This document shows positions 47,593-56,079 of a stretch of DNA of 64,000 nucleotides, piece after piece. Positions within the stretch are counted from its first letter, which is position 1, and every line of letters begins with the position of its first letter. The DNA lies in assembly GCA_050123235.1 (NCBI GenBank), contig JASFHL010000001.1, positions 84,651-148,650 on the forward strand, written 5' to 3'. Source of the stretch: Candidatus Woesebacteria bacterium. Its GTDB lineage: Bacteria > Patescibacteriota > Microgenomatia > UBA1400 > PJMF01. Made by a program: the position numbers and the translations under genes. The notes under the pieces were generated by a model, which saw only the letters and a list, made by a program, of their open reading frames with translations, did not search any database and was not told the DNA's origin.

Positions 47593-48831
47593 ATGATAGA
47601 TGCCAGACCACCAGCAGTTCCTTCTGAAGCCCAAGAGCAAGAGAAGAAAAAAACTTTATCAGGTTTTGAATGGCTACATTTGCCACGTAATAAAGAAATA
47701 ATTGATTTTTTATTACAAAATAAAGAGCAAATTGTTTCCCTAGCTAAAGAAAAAATCAAAACAGATTATGATCAAGCCAAAGAATATCATCAGACCAGGC
47801 ATACAGAACTGGCAGTTAAGCAGATTTTGAAGCTCACAGAGGAAATGTTGAAAGCAGAGGGACTGGAACCAACAGAACATCAGGATGTCTTGGATATCGT
47901 GGAGATATGCGTGACCTATCATGATGCGATTATGAATCCAGGAGAGGCAGCAAAAGGAGCTAGTATTAGCCCAGAATTCAATAGTTATTTGTTTTTAAAA
48001 GATTTAATCCTCAGATCAATTAAAGATGACCAGATAGAAAAACCAAAAGTGACTAAATTAGATAAGCAAGAATTAATATCTCAAGAGTATGGAGAGGAAT
48101 ATCAACAGTTTTATTTCTTCCATGTTGATCTATTCACGAGATTGCGTAGAGCAATTGAAGCTACAGCCATTGATCTAGATCAAGCTATCCATCAACAAAC
48201 TATAGTCCAGTTTTCCAAAGTTCATCCAGATACTGCTAAGGATAGACTGGCTCAACTAGTCTGCACTGCTGATTTGGCGTATTTTGCTCTTTCACCAGTA
48301 GATGAAACATTAGAACTGTCACTCAGATATGCAATTGAGTTTTTTGATTTAAGAAAGAAAGGATCAGTTGCTAAAGCTGCAGAAGGGGGGCATAAACTAG
48401 ACAATTTAGAGCCTGTGATTGAATATCTAGAAGGCCAGGTTAAATATATGGAAAATTATACTTTTCCAGATTTACCGGATTTGCCTGCGGCAGTTGATGC
48501 TTTTAGCATGGAGGAATTTTTGAAGTTGTGGGAAATTCCCGTTGAAGATTATAGAGAGCAGATAGATGAGTTGGATGACGCACAATCCAGAACACTGAAG
48601 CACGATTTATTGCGTGCTGCCATGGATGATTTAGAAGGGGGTTGGGAGGCTCGTGATGAATCAGCAAAAAATCCTCAAATTTTAGCCACGATTAAGCAAG
48701 GCAAAACTCTAGACCGTCTTAGATTAGTCAAAGCTGATTATTATAGGCGAATGGCGGCTGATCTTAAGAAGAACGGCACAGAGTCAAAATATTACGCTGA
48801 AGTGGTAGCAGCCCTGAAGAAGATAGCTTAG
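47593..48831 (+). CDS. Orphan protein with a putative HD-superfamily phosphohydrolase domain
   Basis: YHQTRHT, TYHDAI, IEATA, LVCTADLAYF in HD-family order. Confidence 0.65.
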   Translation: MIDARPPAVPSEAQEQEKKKTLSGFEWLHLPRNKEIIDFLLQNKEQIVSLAKEKIKTDYDQAKEYHQTRHTELAVKQILKLTEEMLKAEGLEPTEHQDVLDIVEICVTYHDAIMNPGEAAKGASISPEFNSYLFLKDLILRSIKDDQIEKPKVTKLDKQELISQEYGEEYQQFYFFHVDLFTRLRRAIEATAIDLDQAIHQQTIVQFSKVHPDTAKDRLAQLVCTADLAYFALSPVDETLELSLRYAIEFFDLRKKGSVAKAAEGGHKLDNLEPVIEYLEGQVKYMENYTFPDLPDLPAAVDAFSMEEFLKLWEIPVEDYREQIDELDDAQSRTLKHDLLRAAMDDLEGGWEARDESAKNPQILATIKQGKTLDRLRLVKADYYRRMAADLKKNGTESKYYAEVVAALKKIA

Positions 48832-49778
48832 CGTTTTTTTATCTTTCTTAATTTAAATCTTTTTTCAGCTAAAATTACTCCAACCAAAATTATTATCATA
48901 GCAGCAATTTGCCAATAGCTCAGAGTCTCTCCAAGCCAGAAATAAGCTAAGGGAAGATAAACTAAAGGTTGTAAATACCAGAATAAACTTGCTTCAGAAG
49001 CTTCAATATTATCTTGACCTTTAATATAGGCAGTAAGACCAATAATTGAACCAAAAATAGCCATATAAAGACTGGCGATCCAGACAGAGTAATGACTTGT
49101 ATCTTGGAGGATATTATTGAATAAGTTTGTAGTTGTTAAACCGCTTTCTAGGAAGCTCAAAATAAAAAAACAAATTGTTCCCAGATAAAAACTAATAGTG
49201 GTTACAAAAAATTTGGGTAATTTTTTATAATGTTTTTTGGCGAAAATAAAGTACAAGGTAGTGCTAATATTGTGGCCAATGACTAGTAGATTGCCAGTGA
49301 CAGATAGTTGTTGAACGCCTGTCGCATGATTAAGAAGTGGTACAGCAGATAAAATTAAAGTGCCAGCTAAGGTGAAAATTAATCCCAACCATTCATGTTT
49401 TTCTTCTTTTTCTTTTAAGAATAAAATCCCAGCAATGATAATGAAAATTGGAGTAGTGTTAGCTAGCAAGCTCGCTTCTATAGCAGAAGTTCTCTCCAGA
49501 CCTAGATAAAGAAAAGTTAACGCTAAGACTGTACCTACTAATTCGAGAGCAATAATTTTAAGAAATTGCCTTAAGCTATGTTTAATTTTTGACCAGTAAT
49601 AAAAGAGGATCGGGATAGAGAAAAAACTAGCAAATAAATAACGGTAAAAAAGAAAACGAAAAGGAGTGGTGGCTGCAAAGGCAGGTTTGACAATCACTAA
49701 AGCCGCACCCCATGTAAGGGTATTAATGCTGAGTAGTAAATAAGCCAGTGGACGTTTCCCTAATTTAATTTTTGCCAC
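48828..49778 (-). CDS. DMT/EamA family transporter
   Basis: About 10 TMs in two repeats; TWG, FYRY, LKEK, LGETLS. Confidence 0.92.
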   Translation of the reverse strand: MAKIKLGKRPLAYLLLSINTLTWGAALVIVKPAFAATTPFRFLFYRYLFASFFSIPILFYYWSKIKHSLRQFLKIIALELVGTVLALTFLYLGLERTSAIEASLLANTTPIFIIIAGILFLKEKEEKHEWLGLIFTLAGTLILSAVPLLNHATGVQQLSVTGNLLVIGHNISTTLYFIFAKKHYKKLPKFFVTTISFYLGTICFFILSFLESGLTTTNLFNNILQDTSHYSVWIASLYMAIFGSIIGLTAYIKGQDNIEASEASLFWYLQPLVYLPLAYFWLGETLSYWQIAAMIIILVGVILAEKRFKLRKIKKR

Positions 49779-49879
49779 AATAAATAGAATAGCATTTTTT
49801 TATAGAAGAGAGGAGCAGAAACTAGAAGTTAAAAGCTGATTGTTGCAGCTCAATACTTTTTCATTTAACTATATGATAA

Positions 49880-51136
49880 CTATTTATCTTTCATCATCTC
49901 AATCGCTTCTTCCACAGATAGTTGTTTTTGTTTACCACTAGTCATATTTTTTAAGCTCAGCAAATCTTTCTCAGCTTCTTCTTCACCAATGATTACTACC
50001 CAAGGGATATTTTTTTTGTCGGCGAGTTTAAATTGTTTGCTAAGTTTATCGAGAGCAGGGTAGACTTCAGTGTTAATGCCGGCTTGGCGAAGCTGATTAG
50101 CAAGTTTCAAAGAAGCAGCTTGGCTTTTTTCATCAAAAATAGTGATAAGAGCTTGGACGGCATTTGTATCAGCAGGAATCAAATCTAGTTTTTCAGCAGC
50201 CTCGACCATGCGGTCAAATCCAAAGGCAATTCCAGTAGCTGGCATATCAACACCACCCAGCTCGTTGATTAAATTGTCATAGCGGCCACCACCTCCACAC
50301 GAACCGACTGGATAATCAGGCAAGATTACTTCAAAAATCATGCCAGTGTAGTAATCTAAGCCGCGAGCCAAACTAGGAGTAAATTCCAGATCTTCTTTTT
50401 TAACCCCAAGATTAACGGCACTTTCTATAATTTGTCTTAAATTGTCTGACATTTGAGCTTTATCCACAGTTGTTAAAACTTGCTTGGCGCTATTTTCTGT
50501 TAAACCTTTTTTAACTAACTCTTCAATTACTTGTTGAGGTTTTAATTTATCTAATTTATCAATTGATTGGATAATAGAAAAGACATTGATTCTGTCTATA
50601 GCAAACGGCTTTAAAGTAGCCATCAAAGTTTGTCGATCATTAATTTTAAGTTTGATGTTTTTAAAACCTACATTTTTAAAAGCTTCATAAGTACAAGCTA
50701 GGATTTCCGCATCTGCCAATGGGGAACTACTGCCAAAAATGTCAATGTCACATTGGGTAAATTCACGATATCTACCTTTTTGAGGTTTGTCAGCACGGAA
50801 CACATTTTGGATTTCATAGCGTCTAAAATACTTAGGTAATTCATTTTGATATTGGGCTAAAACGCGAGCAGTCGGCACTGTTTGATCATATCTTAGACCA
50901 ATTTTTCGCCCCCCTCTGTCTTCGAAAGTATAAACCAGTTTGTCTGCTTCTTCACCGTATTTGCCCAATAATAAAGAAGCATACTCTAAAGTAGGCGTTT
51001 CCAAAGGCTCAAAGCCAAAGTTTTCAAAAGTTTCGATTACTTTTTTGATCACATAATCGCGTTTGCGTTTTTCTGCAGGCAAAAAATCACGAAAACCTTT
51101 TAATGTTTGAACGGATTGTTTAGTTTGTTTTGTCAT
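49880..51136 (-). CDS. hisS: Histidine--tRNA ligase
   Basis: KGFRDFLP, LRYDQTVP, GRYREFTQCD, ARGLDYYTG, GGGRYD. Confidence 0.98.
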   Translation of the reverse strand: MTKQTKQSVQTLKGFRDFLPAEKRKRDYVIKKVIETFENFGFEPLETPTLEYASLLLGKYGEEADKLVYTFEDRGGRKIGLRYDQTVPTARVLAQYQNELPKYFRRYEIQNVFRADKPQKGRYREFTQCDIDIFGSSSPLADAEILACTYEAFKNVGFKNIKLKINDRQTLMATLKPFAIDRINVFSIIQSIDKLDKLKPQQVIEELVKKGLTENSAKQVLTTVDKAQMSDNLRQIIESAVNLGVKKEDLEFTPSLARGLDYYTGMIFEVILPDYPVGSCGGGGRYDNLINELGGVDMPATGIAFGFDRMVEAAEKLDLIPADTNAVQALITIFDEKSQAASLKLANQLRQAGINTEVYPALDKLSKQFKLADKKNIPWVVIIGEEEAEKDLLSLKNMTSGKQKQLSVEEAIEMMKDK

Positions 51137-51209
51137 AAGTTCCTTTTTCGCAATAATTTTATTATACGTTACAGTTTATGTAACTGTTAGCGTTTATTAT
51201 TCAAAATGT

Positions 51210-51276
51210 GGGGGCGTGTTGGTCAGTAATGGATCCGTCAAATCTAATTACAGGGGTTCGAATCCCCTCGCCTCCA
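51210..51276 (+). ncRNA. Non-canonical tRNA-like RNA (Ala-type acceptor, canonical T arm, shortened core)
   Basis: GGGGGCG/CGCCTCC-A acceptor with G3-U70; AGGGG-TTCGAAT-CCCCT T arm; only 35 nt between them, so no full cloverleaf. Confidence 0.6.
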
Positions 51277-51371
51277 CATTTTTTTGCTGTTGATTTTGCT
51301 TTAATTATTTGTTAAATTATTTTTAATTGACGGATCTATTACTGCAAGATTTAAAACTCCTGTAGTTAGAG

Positions 51372-51398
51372 AAAAATCGCTCGTAAGAGTGATTTTTT
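51372..51398 (+). terminator. Intrinsic terminator, probably bidirectional and better on the plus strand
   Basis: AAAAATCGCTC-GTAA-GAGTGATTTTT; GNRA loop and G-U pair read correctly only on the plus strand. Confidence 0.75.
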
Positions 51399-51432
51399 GC
51401 TTTATAAGCTAAGTTTCAACATAACCGTTAGC

Positions 51433-51711
51433 TTACTCCTTTTGTCTTTTTTTTAATTCTGTTAATACTTCCTCAAATTCAATGTTTTTTGCTGTGAGTA
51501 GCACTAAGCTGTGAAACCATAAATCCGCTGTTTCTTCAATTAATCTTTGCTTTGATTGATTCTTACTAGCAATTACAACTTCTGTAGCTTCTTCACCAAC
51601 TTTTTGAGCAATTGCATCAATTCCTCTAGCAAAAAGGGAAGAGACATAAGAACCTTTAGGCATAGTCTTTTGTCTTTGTTTAATAATGGTAGTTAATTTT
51701 TTTAGAATCAT
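51433..51711 (-). CDS. hisE: Phosphoribosyl-ATP pyrophosphatase
   Basis: SYVSSL, QKVGEEATEV, EETADLWFH. Confidence 0.95.
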   Translation of the reverse strand: MILKKLTTIIKQRQKTMPKGSYVSSLFARGIDAIAQKVGEEATEVVIASKNQSKQRLIEETADLWFHSLVLLTAKNIEFEEVLTELKKRQKE

Positions 51712-52730
51712 AATATTTGTTTAAAAAAGCAACTTTTATTATTGGTATGACAGATATTTTTACCAATGATTTTGCTTTGTATTAATAATGTATCATTATC
51801 ACAATCCAAAACTATCTTATTAACTTTCAATTTATTACCAGATGTTTCACCTTTCATCCATAGTTTTTTTTTTGATCGACTCCAAAACCAAGCATATCCA
51901 GTTTTGAGTGTCTTTTTAAGAGCTCGTTTATTCATATAAGCTAGCATTAATATTTCCTTGCTTGATTCTTCTTGAACAATGGCAGGAACCAAGCCTCCTT
52001 GTTTTTCAAAATCAACACTATCTTGATCATTAAGATAAAAAAGCCCGTCATAGAGAGCTTTGCCAACAATTACCGCCTCAGCACCAAGATCTATTAACTG
52101 CTTGATATCTTCTTTAGAAGCTATACCACCTGCCATGATGACAGGCATATTGATACTATTAATTAGTTTTTTAATGATTTTTAAATTTGGCCCTGTCTCA
52201 GTGCCATCTCTTAAAGTATCAGTGTAAATTAATCTTTTGACAGTTAGTTTTTCTAATTTTTGAGCTGTTTCTATGAGATTCAATTGTGTGTTTTTTAACC
52301 AGCCTTTTGACATCAACTTACTGTTTTTGGCATCTAGAGAAACAATGATTTGATCAGGGAAAACAGCTAATATTTTTTTTAATAACTCAATATTTTCTAA
52401 AGCAATGCTACCTAAAATGATTCGATTAACACCGAGTTGAATTAGTTTTTTAACGGTCTTGAAATCACGAATACCACCACCGACTTGAGTGGGAATAGAT
52501 ACAGTTTTGATGATATTTTTGATGATTTTTAAGTTTTGAACTTTTCCGACTTTGGCCCCGTCAAGATCCACGATGTGTAAGCTTTTCGCACCTTGATCTT
52601 GCCACTGTTTTGCGACTAATACTGGATCGCTGGCATAGACAGTTTTTTTGCTGAAATCACCTTGTTTTAATCTCACGCAGTTACCATTTTGGATATCAAT
52701 TGCTGGTATGATTTTAGTTAAATTTATCAT
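51708..52730 (-). CDS. hisA: Fused HisA isomerase / HisI PR-AMP cyclohydrolase
   Basis: IIPAID...CVRLKQG, HIVDLDGA, GGGIR (HisA), then GLVPAIVQ, WSRS, WMKGETSGN, DCDNDTL, CH (HisI) in one frame. Confidence 0.93.
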   Translation of the reverse strand: MINLTKIIPAIDIQNGNCVRLKQGDFSKKTVYASDPVLVAKQWQDQGAKSLHIVDLDGAKVGKVQNLKIIKNIIKTVSIPTQVGGGIRDFKTVKKLIQLGVNRIILGSIALENIELLKKILAVFPDQIIVSLDAKNSKLMSKGWLKNTQLNLIETAQKLEKLTVKRLIYTDTLRDGTETGPNLKIIKKLINSINMPVIMAGGIASKEDIKQLIDLGAEAVIVGKALYDGLFYLNDQDSVDFEKQGGLVPAIVQEESSKEILMLAYMNKRALKKTLKTGYAWFWSRSKKKLWMKGETSGNKLKVNKIVLDCDNDTLLIQSKIIGKNICHTNNKSCFFKQIL

Positions 52731-54163
52731 CTGATTGAAATTCCATGATTTTTTAAATAATTTTTAAGATCAGTAATTTTCAATTTTTGCTTGTGAAATA
52801 AAGTAGCAGCCAATGCAGCATCAGCTTGGCCTTTAGTTAAAGCGTCAAGAAAGTCTTTTTTCTTACCAGCTCCACTGGAAGCAATAATGGGAATGTTAAC
52901 TTTTTTAGCTATGTTGCGTAGTAAGTCCAAATCATAACCCTTTTTAGTCCCATCTCGATCTATGGAGTTGACTAATAATTCGCCAGCACCTAGCGTTTCC
53001 ATTTTTTTAGCAAATTTAAGAGCATCAATGCCAGTCGCTTTTTTACCACTATTGATATATATTTCCCAGCTGTTTCTATTTTTTTTAGGATCAAGTGAAA
53101 TGACAATGCACTGTGAACCAAAACGTTGCGCAGCTTTTTTGACCAGATCAGGATTAGTGACAGCAGCAGAACCAATTGAGACCTTATCAGCGCCTGATAA
53201 AAGCAACTGATAAATATCATTTAAAGTTTTGATACCGCCACCCACAGAAAAGGGGATAGTGATATTTTTAGCAATTTTTTCTACTAGTTTGTAAAGTAGT
53301 CTACGTTTTTCAATAGTGGCAGTAATATCAAGAAACATTAATTCATCAATACCCATTTTGTCATAAAGCTGGGCAAGTTTTACTGGATCTCCAGCATCTT
53401 TAAGCTGTTTGTAATTAGTACCTTTGACTACTTTATTATTTTTAATATCCATGCAAGCAATGATTCTTTTGGCAAGTAAGGATTTGGCTGATTTTAAAGC
53501 AGTTAGTTCTTGCTCAAATCTGATCGGACTTGCTTTTCGTTCAGAAGGGATGGTGGCAGAATTTTCTAGTGCTTCAATGTCACAAAAATTTTTTAACATT
53601 TTTTGACCCAGTTCTCCTGATTTTTCTGGGTGAAATTGCACGCCATAAAAATTATTTTTTTTAATTACTGAAGCAAAGTTGCTACCATATTGTGTTTGCC
53701 CAATGATATTTTTTTTTAGAGGATCACAATAGTAAGAATTCACAAAGTAAAAATAACTATTGTTGGGAATATTTTTAAACAAAGGCTCATTTTTTATTTG
53801 CTTAACTTGGTTCCAACCAATCTGCGGCACCACTAAGTTATTTTTTTTAGGAAATTTTTTTACCTTGCCATCAATAATATCCAAACACTTTGTGTTATCT
53901 TCCTCAGAATAAGAAAGTAAAAGTTGCATGCCAAGACAAATACCTAAAAAAGGGGCTCTTATATCTTGAATTAGCTGCTCAAGCTTGAGTTTTTTAAGTT
54001 CTGGCATCGCCTGACCAGCACGACCTACACCAGGGAAGATAACTTTGCTGGCTTTTTTAATCATAGTAGGATCAGCTGTCACAATGTATTTAGCTCCAAT
54101 TTTGTCTAAAGCATTTGTTACTGAACCTATGTTGCCGGATTTGTAGTTGATGATGGTGATCAT
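52727..54163 (-). CDS. hisH: Fused HisH glutaminase / HisF cyclase (IGP synthase)
   Basis: PGVG, GICLGMQ, QFHPEKS (HisH), linker, then AKRIIACMD, FLDITA, VGGGI, SIDRDGTKKGYD (HisF). Confidence 0.95.
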   Translation of the reverse strand: MITIINYKSGNIGSVTNALDKIGAKYIVTADPTMIKKASKVIFPGVGRAGQAMPELKKLKLEQLIQDIRAPFLGICLGMQLLLSYSEEDNTKCLDIIDGKVKKFPKKNNLVVPQIGWNQVKQIKNEPLFKNIPNNSYFYFVNSYYCDPLKKNIIGQTQYGSNFASVIKKNNFYGVQFHPEKSGELGQKMLKNFCDIEALENSATIPSERKASPIRFEQELTALKSAKSLLAKRIIACMDIKNNKVVKGTNYKQLKDAGDPVKLAQLYDKMGIDELMFLDITATIEKRRLLYKLVEKIAKNITIPFSVGGGIKTLNDIYQLLLSGADKVSIGSAAVTNPDLVKKAAQRFGSQCIVISLDPKKNRNSWEIYINSGKKATGIDALKFAKKMETLGAGELLVNSIDRDGTKKGYDLDLLRNIAKKVNIPIIASSGAGKKKDFLDALTKGQADAALAATLFHKQKLKITDLKNYLKNHGISIR

Positions 54164-54231
54164 AGTTTCAATGAGATGTTTATTTAAGTTTTTTTTGTCT
54201 TTCTAGAGATTGTAGATTGTCTTTTTTTCAT
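54163..54231 (-). pseudogene. hisB: Relic of imidazoleglycerol-phosphate dehydratase (N-terminal 23 codons)
   Basis: MKKRQSTISRKTKKT*INISLKL resembles the IGPD N-terminus (RxTxETxIxxxL); ATGA-coupled to the upstream gene; canonical position before hisH. Confidence 0.75.
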
Positions 54232-54980
54232 AAGAGTAGTTCCCATAAGGTTTCTATATTAATAATTTGAATATTCCCTAGTTTTTTTTCTCCTATATAA
54301 ATACAAGGCATTTGTGCTCTTTTAGCAGCTTCAACATCACTAGAACTATCACCAATATAGATTGTATTTTTGAGAGCTAATTTTTCAGATACCATCAACA
54401 ATGGCTCTGGCTCTGGTTTTCCGTTTTTATAATCTTCCATAGCAATAACAGTATTAAACAAATCAAGGATATTGTTATTTTTTAAGGCATAAATGGCTTC
54501 AAACTTTGGTCTGCCAGTAGCGATTCCCATTTTTTTATATTTCTTTTTAAGATTATCAAGAACTGATTTTGGAATTAACAATTTTTCTGTGTTAATTAGG
54601 CTCTCTATTTTTTTAACAGGAGCTTTTTTGCTATAACATTTTTGATATAAACTTGAACCTAGATAATAACTTTGGAATACAGCAACTATATTTTGGTATA
54701 GTTTGTCCTTGCGATACTTTTCTAAATTACTAATAAACTCTGGTATATCAAATTTTGAATTTTGTTTTTTTAAAATCAAAGCATAACTAGCATCCCAATC
54801 GTTATTTAAACCCACAACTTGTTTGATTGCTAAGACATCTAACTCTGTCACTGTTTTATCAGGACAAAAGTATTGGACAGTTTTTAAGATACAAAGACGA
54901 TATGACTTACTAACATCAATCAGTACACCATCCATGTCCCAGATTAATCCATCTAGTTGGTCAAAGTTAATTTTCTGCAT
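54228..54980 (-). CDS. HAD-family phosphatase, probable histidinol-phosphate phosphatase
   Basis: WDMDGVLID, NNDWD, ATGRP, KPEP, YIGDSSSD; inside the his operon; start set to ATG 54980. Confidence 0.8.
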   Translation of the reverse strand: MQKINFDQLDGLIWDMDGVLIDVSKSYRLCILKTVQYFCPDKTVTELDVLAIKQVVGLNNDWDASYALILKKQNSKFDIPEFISNLEKYRKDKLYQNIVAVFQSYYLGSSLYQKCYSKKAPVKKIESLINTEKLLIPKSVLDNLKKKYKKMGIATGRPKFEAIYALKNNNILDLFNTVIAMEDYKNGKPEPEPLLMVSEKLALKNTIYIGDSSSDVEAAKRAQMPCIYIGEKKLGNIQIINIETLWELLL

Positions 54981-56070
54981 AGAAATTTTTAATTTTTTCA
55001 AATAATAAATCGTTGTCTTTTTCTGCTCGAATACCAATACGAACAGCACTGTTAAGATTTTTTTTGCCACTTACATTTTTAATAAACAAACCCTCTCTTT
55101 TTAATTGTTCTACTAACTCAGCTGTTTTACCTGGTAGATAAAGACAAAAGAAGTTAGCTTCACTGGGGATAACATTAAAATTATTTTCAAGATATTTTTT
55201 AGTTACTCTAGAGCGTTCTTGTTTAATTTTATTAGTAAATTTCTCAATAAATTTCAAACCTTTGGTAGTTAAAACTGATAGGGCAATCTCTTGAGAGAAA
55301 TAACTAACTCCCATTGGAAATCTAATGGAATCAAATATTTTAGTCAGCTGTTTATTAGCAATTAAGTAACCAACTCTAGCTCCGGCAATACAAGCAAATT
55401 TTGAAAAACTTCTGAGAATTACAACATTGTTATATTTGAGAGCCAAATCGTTGAAATTATCTTCACAAAATTCTCTGTAAGCTTCATCAATGAGAATAAT
55501 AGAGTTAGTTTTTTGGGCAAGATATTCAATATCCAATTTGTCTAAACTAGTACCAGTAGGATTATTAGGTGAACAAAGAAAAATGATTTTTGTTTTGTGT
55601 TTTTTAGCTGTATTAATGATTTTTTGAGTATCAAGTTGCCAGTTTTTTTTCAGTGGCACTTCAAGCACCTCACCACCATTAATTGCAGTTTGCACTTTAT
55701 ACATACCATAGGTGGGAGGACAAATAATAACATTATCATTTTGATTTAAAAAAGTTTTACAAATCACATCAATAGCTTCATCACCACTATTGGTGAGAGT
55801 GACCATGTTTTTGGGTAATTGCTCGTATTGGGTGACGGCTTTTTTAAGTCTAAAATAGCCAGGATCTTTATAATCATTAACTGCTCTTTCTTGATCTATG
55901 ATTTGTATAAAATCAGGCCAAATATTCGGAATTTGAGCTGGAGTGGCAGTATCAAATCTAACAATTTTTTTTAATTGATATTTTTGACCATATTTTTCTT
56001 CTTCAAGCTCCCATACATAGGGTTTAAAATTTTTTAACTGGTCTCTGAGTAAAAAATTAATATTTTTCAT
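54967..56070 (-). CDS. hisC: Histidinol-phosphate aminotransferase
   Basis: NSGDEAI, CSPNNPTG, IDEAY, RSFSK, GARVGY. Confidence 0.93.
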   Translation of the reverse strand: MKNINFLLRDQLKNFKPYVWELEEEKYGQKYQLKKIVRFDTATPAQIPNIWPDFIQIIDQERAVNDYKDPGYFRLKKAVTQYEQLPKNMVTLTNSGDEAIDVICKTFLNQNDNVIICPPTYGMYKVQTAINGGEVLEVPLKKNWQLDTQKIINTAKKHKTKIIFLCSPNNPTGTSLDKLDIEYLAQKTNSIILIDEAYREFCEDNFNDLALKYNNVVILRSFSKFACIAGARVGYLIANKQLTKIFDSIRFPMGVSYFSQEIALSVLTTKGLKFIEKFTNKIKQERSRVTKKYLENNFNVIPSEANFFCLYLPGKTAELVEQLKREGLFIKNVSGKKNLNSAVRIGIRAEKDNDLLFEKIKNFYAEN

Positions 56071-56079
56071 ATTTATTCT

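Noticed and set aside
51210-51398. Standard or classically permuted tmRNA, or a canonical tRNA-Asp
   Set aside because: No mRNA-like domain or ALAA-type tag, ends are not permuted, core too short for a cloverleaf, C33 and A73 do not fit tRNA-Asp; kept only as a non-canonical candidate
51137-51432. T-box riboswitch for hisS
   Set aside because: No TGGNACC antiterminator bulge or Stem I motifs on the minus strand; the G-U pairs favour the plus strand
54184-54186. Stop read-through or recoding rescuing hisB
   Set aside because: The rest of the IGPD coding sequence is absent, so read-through could not restore the enzyme
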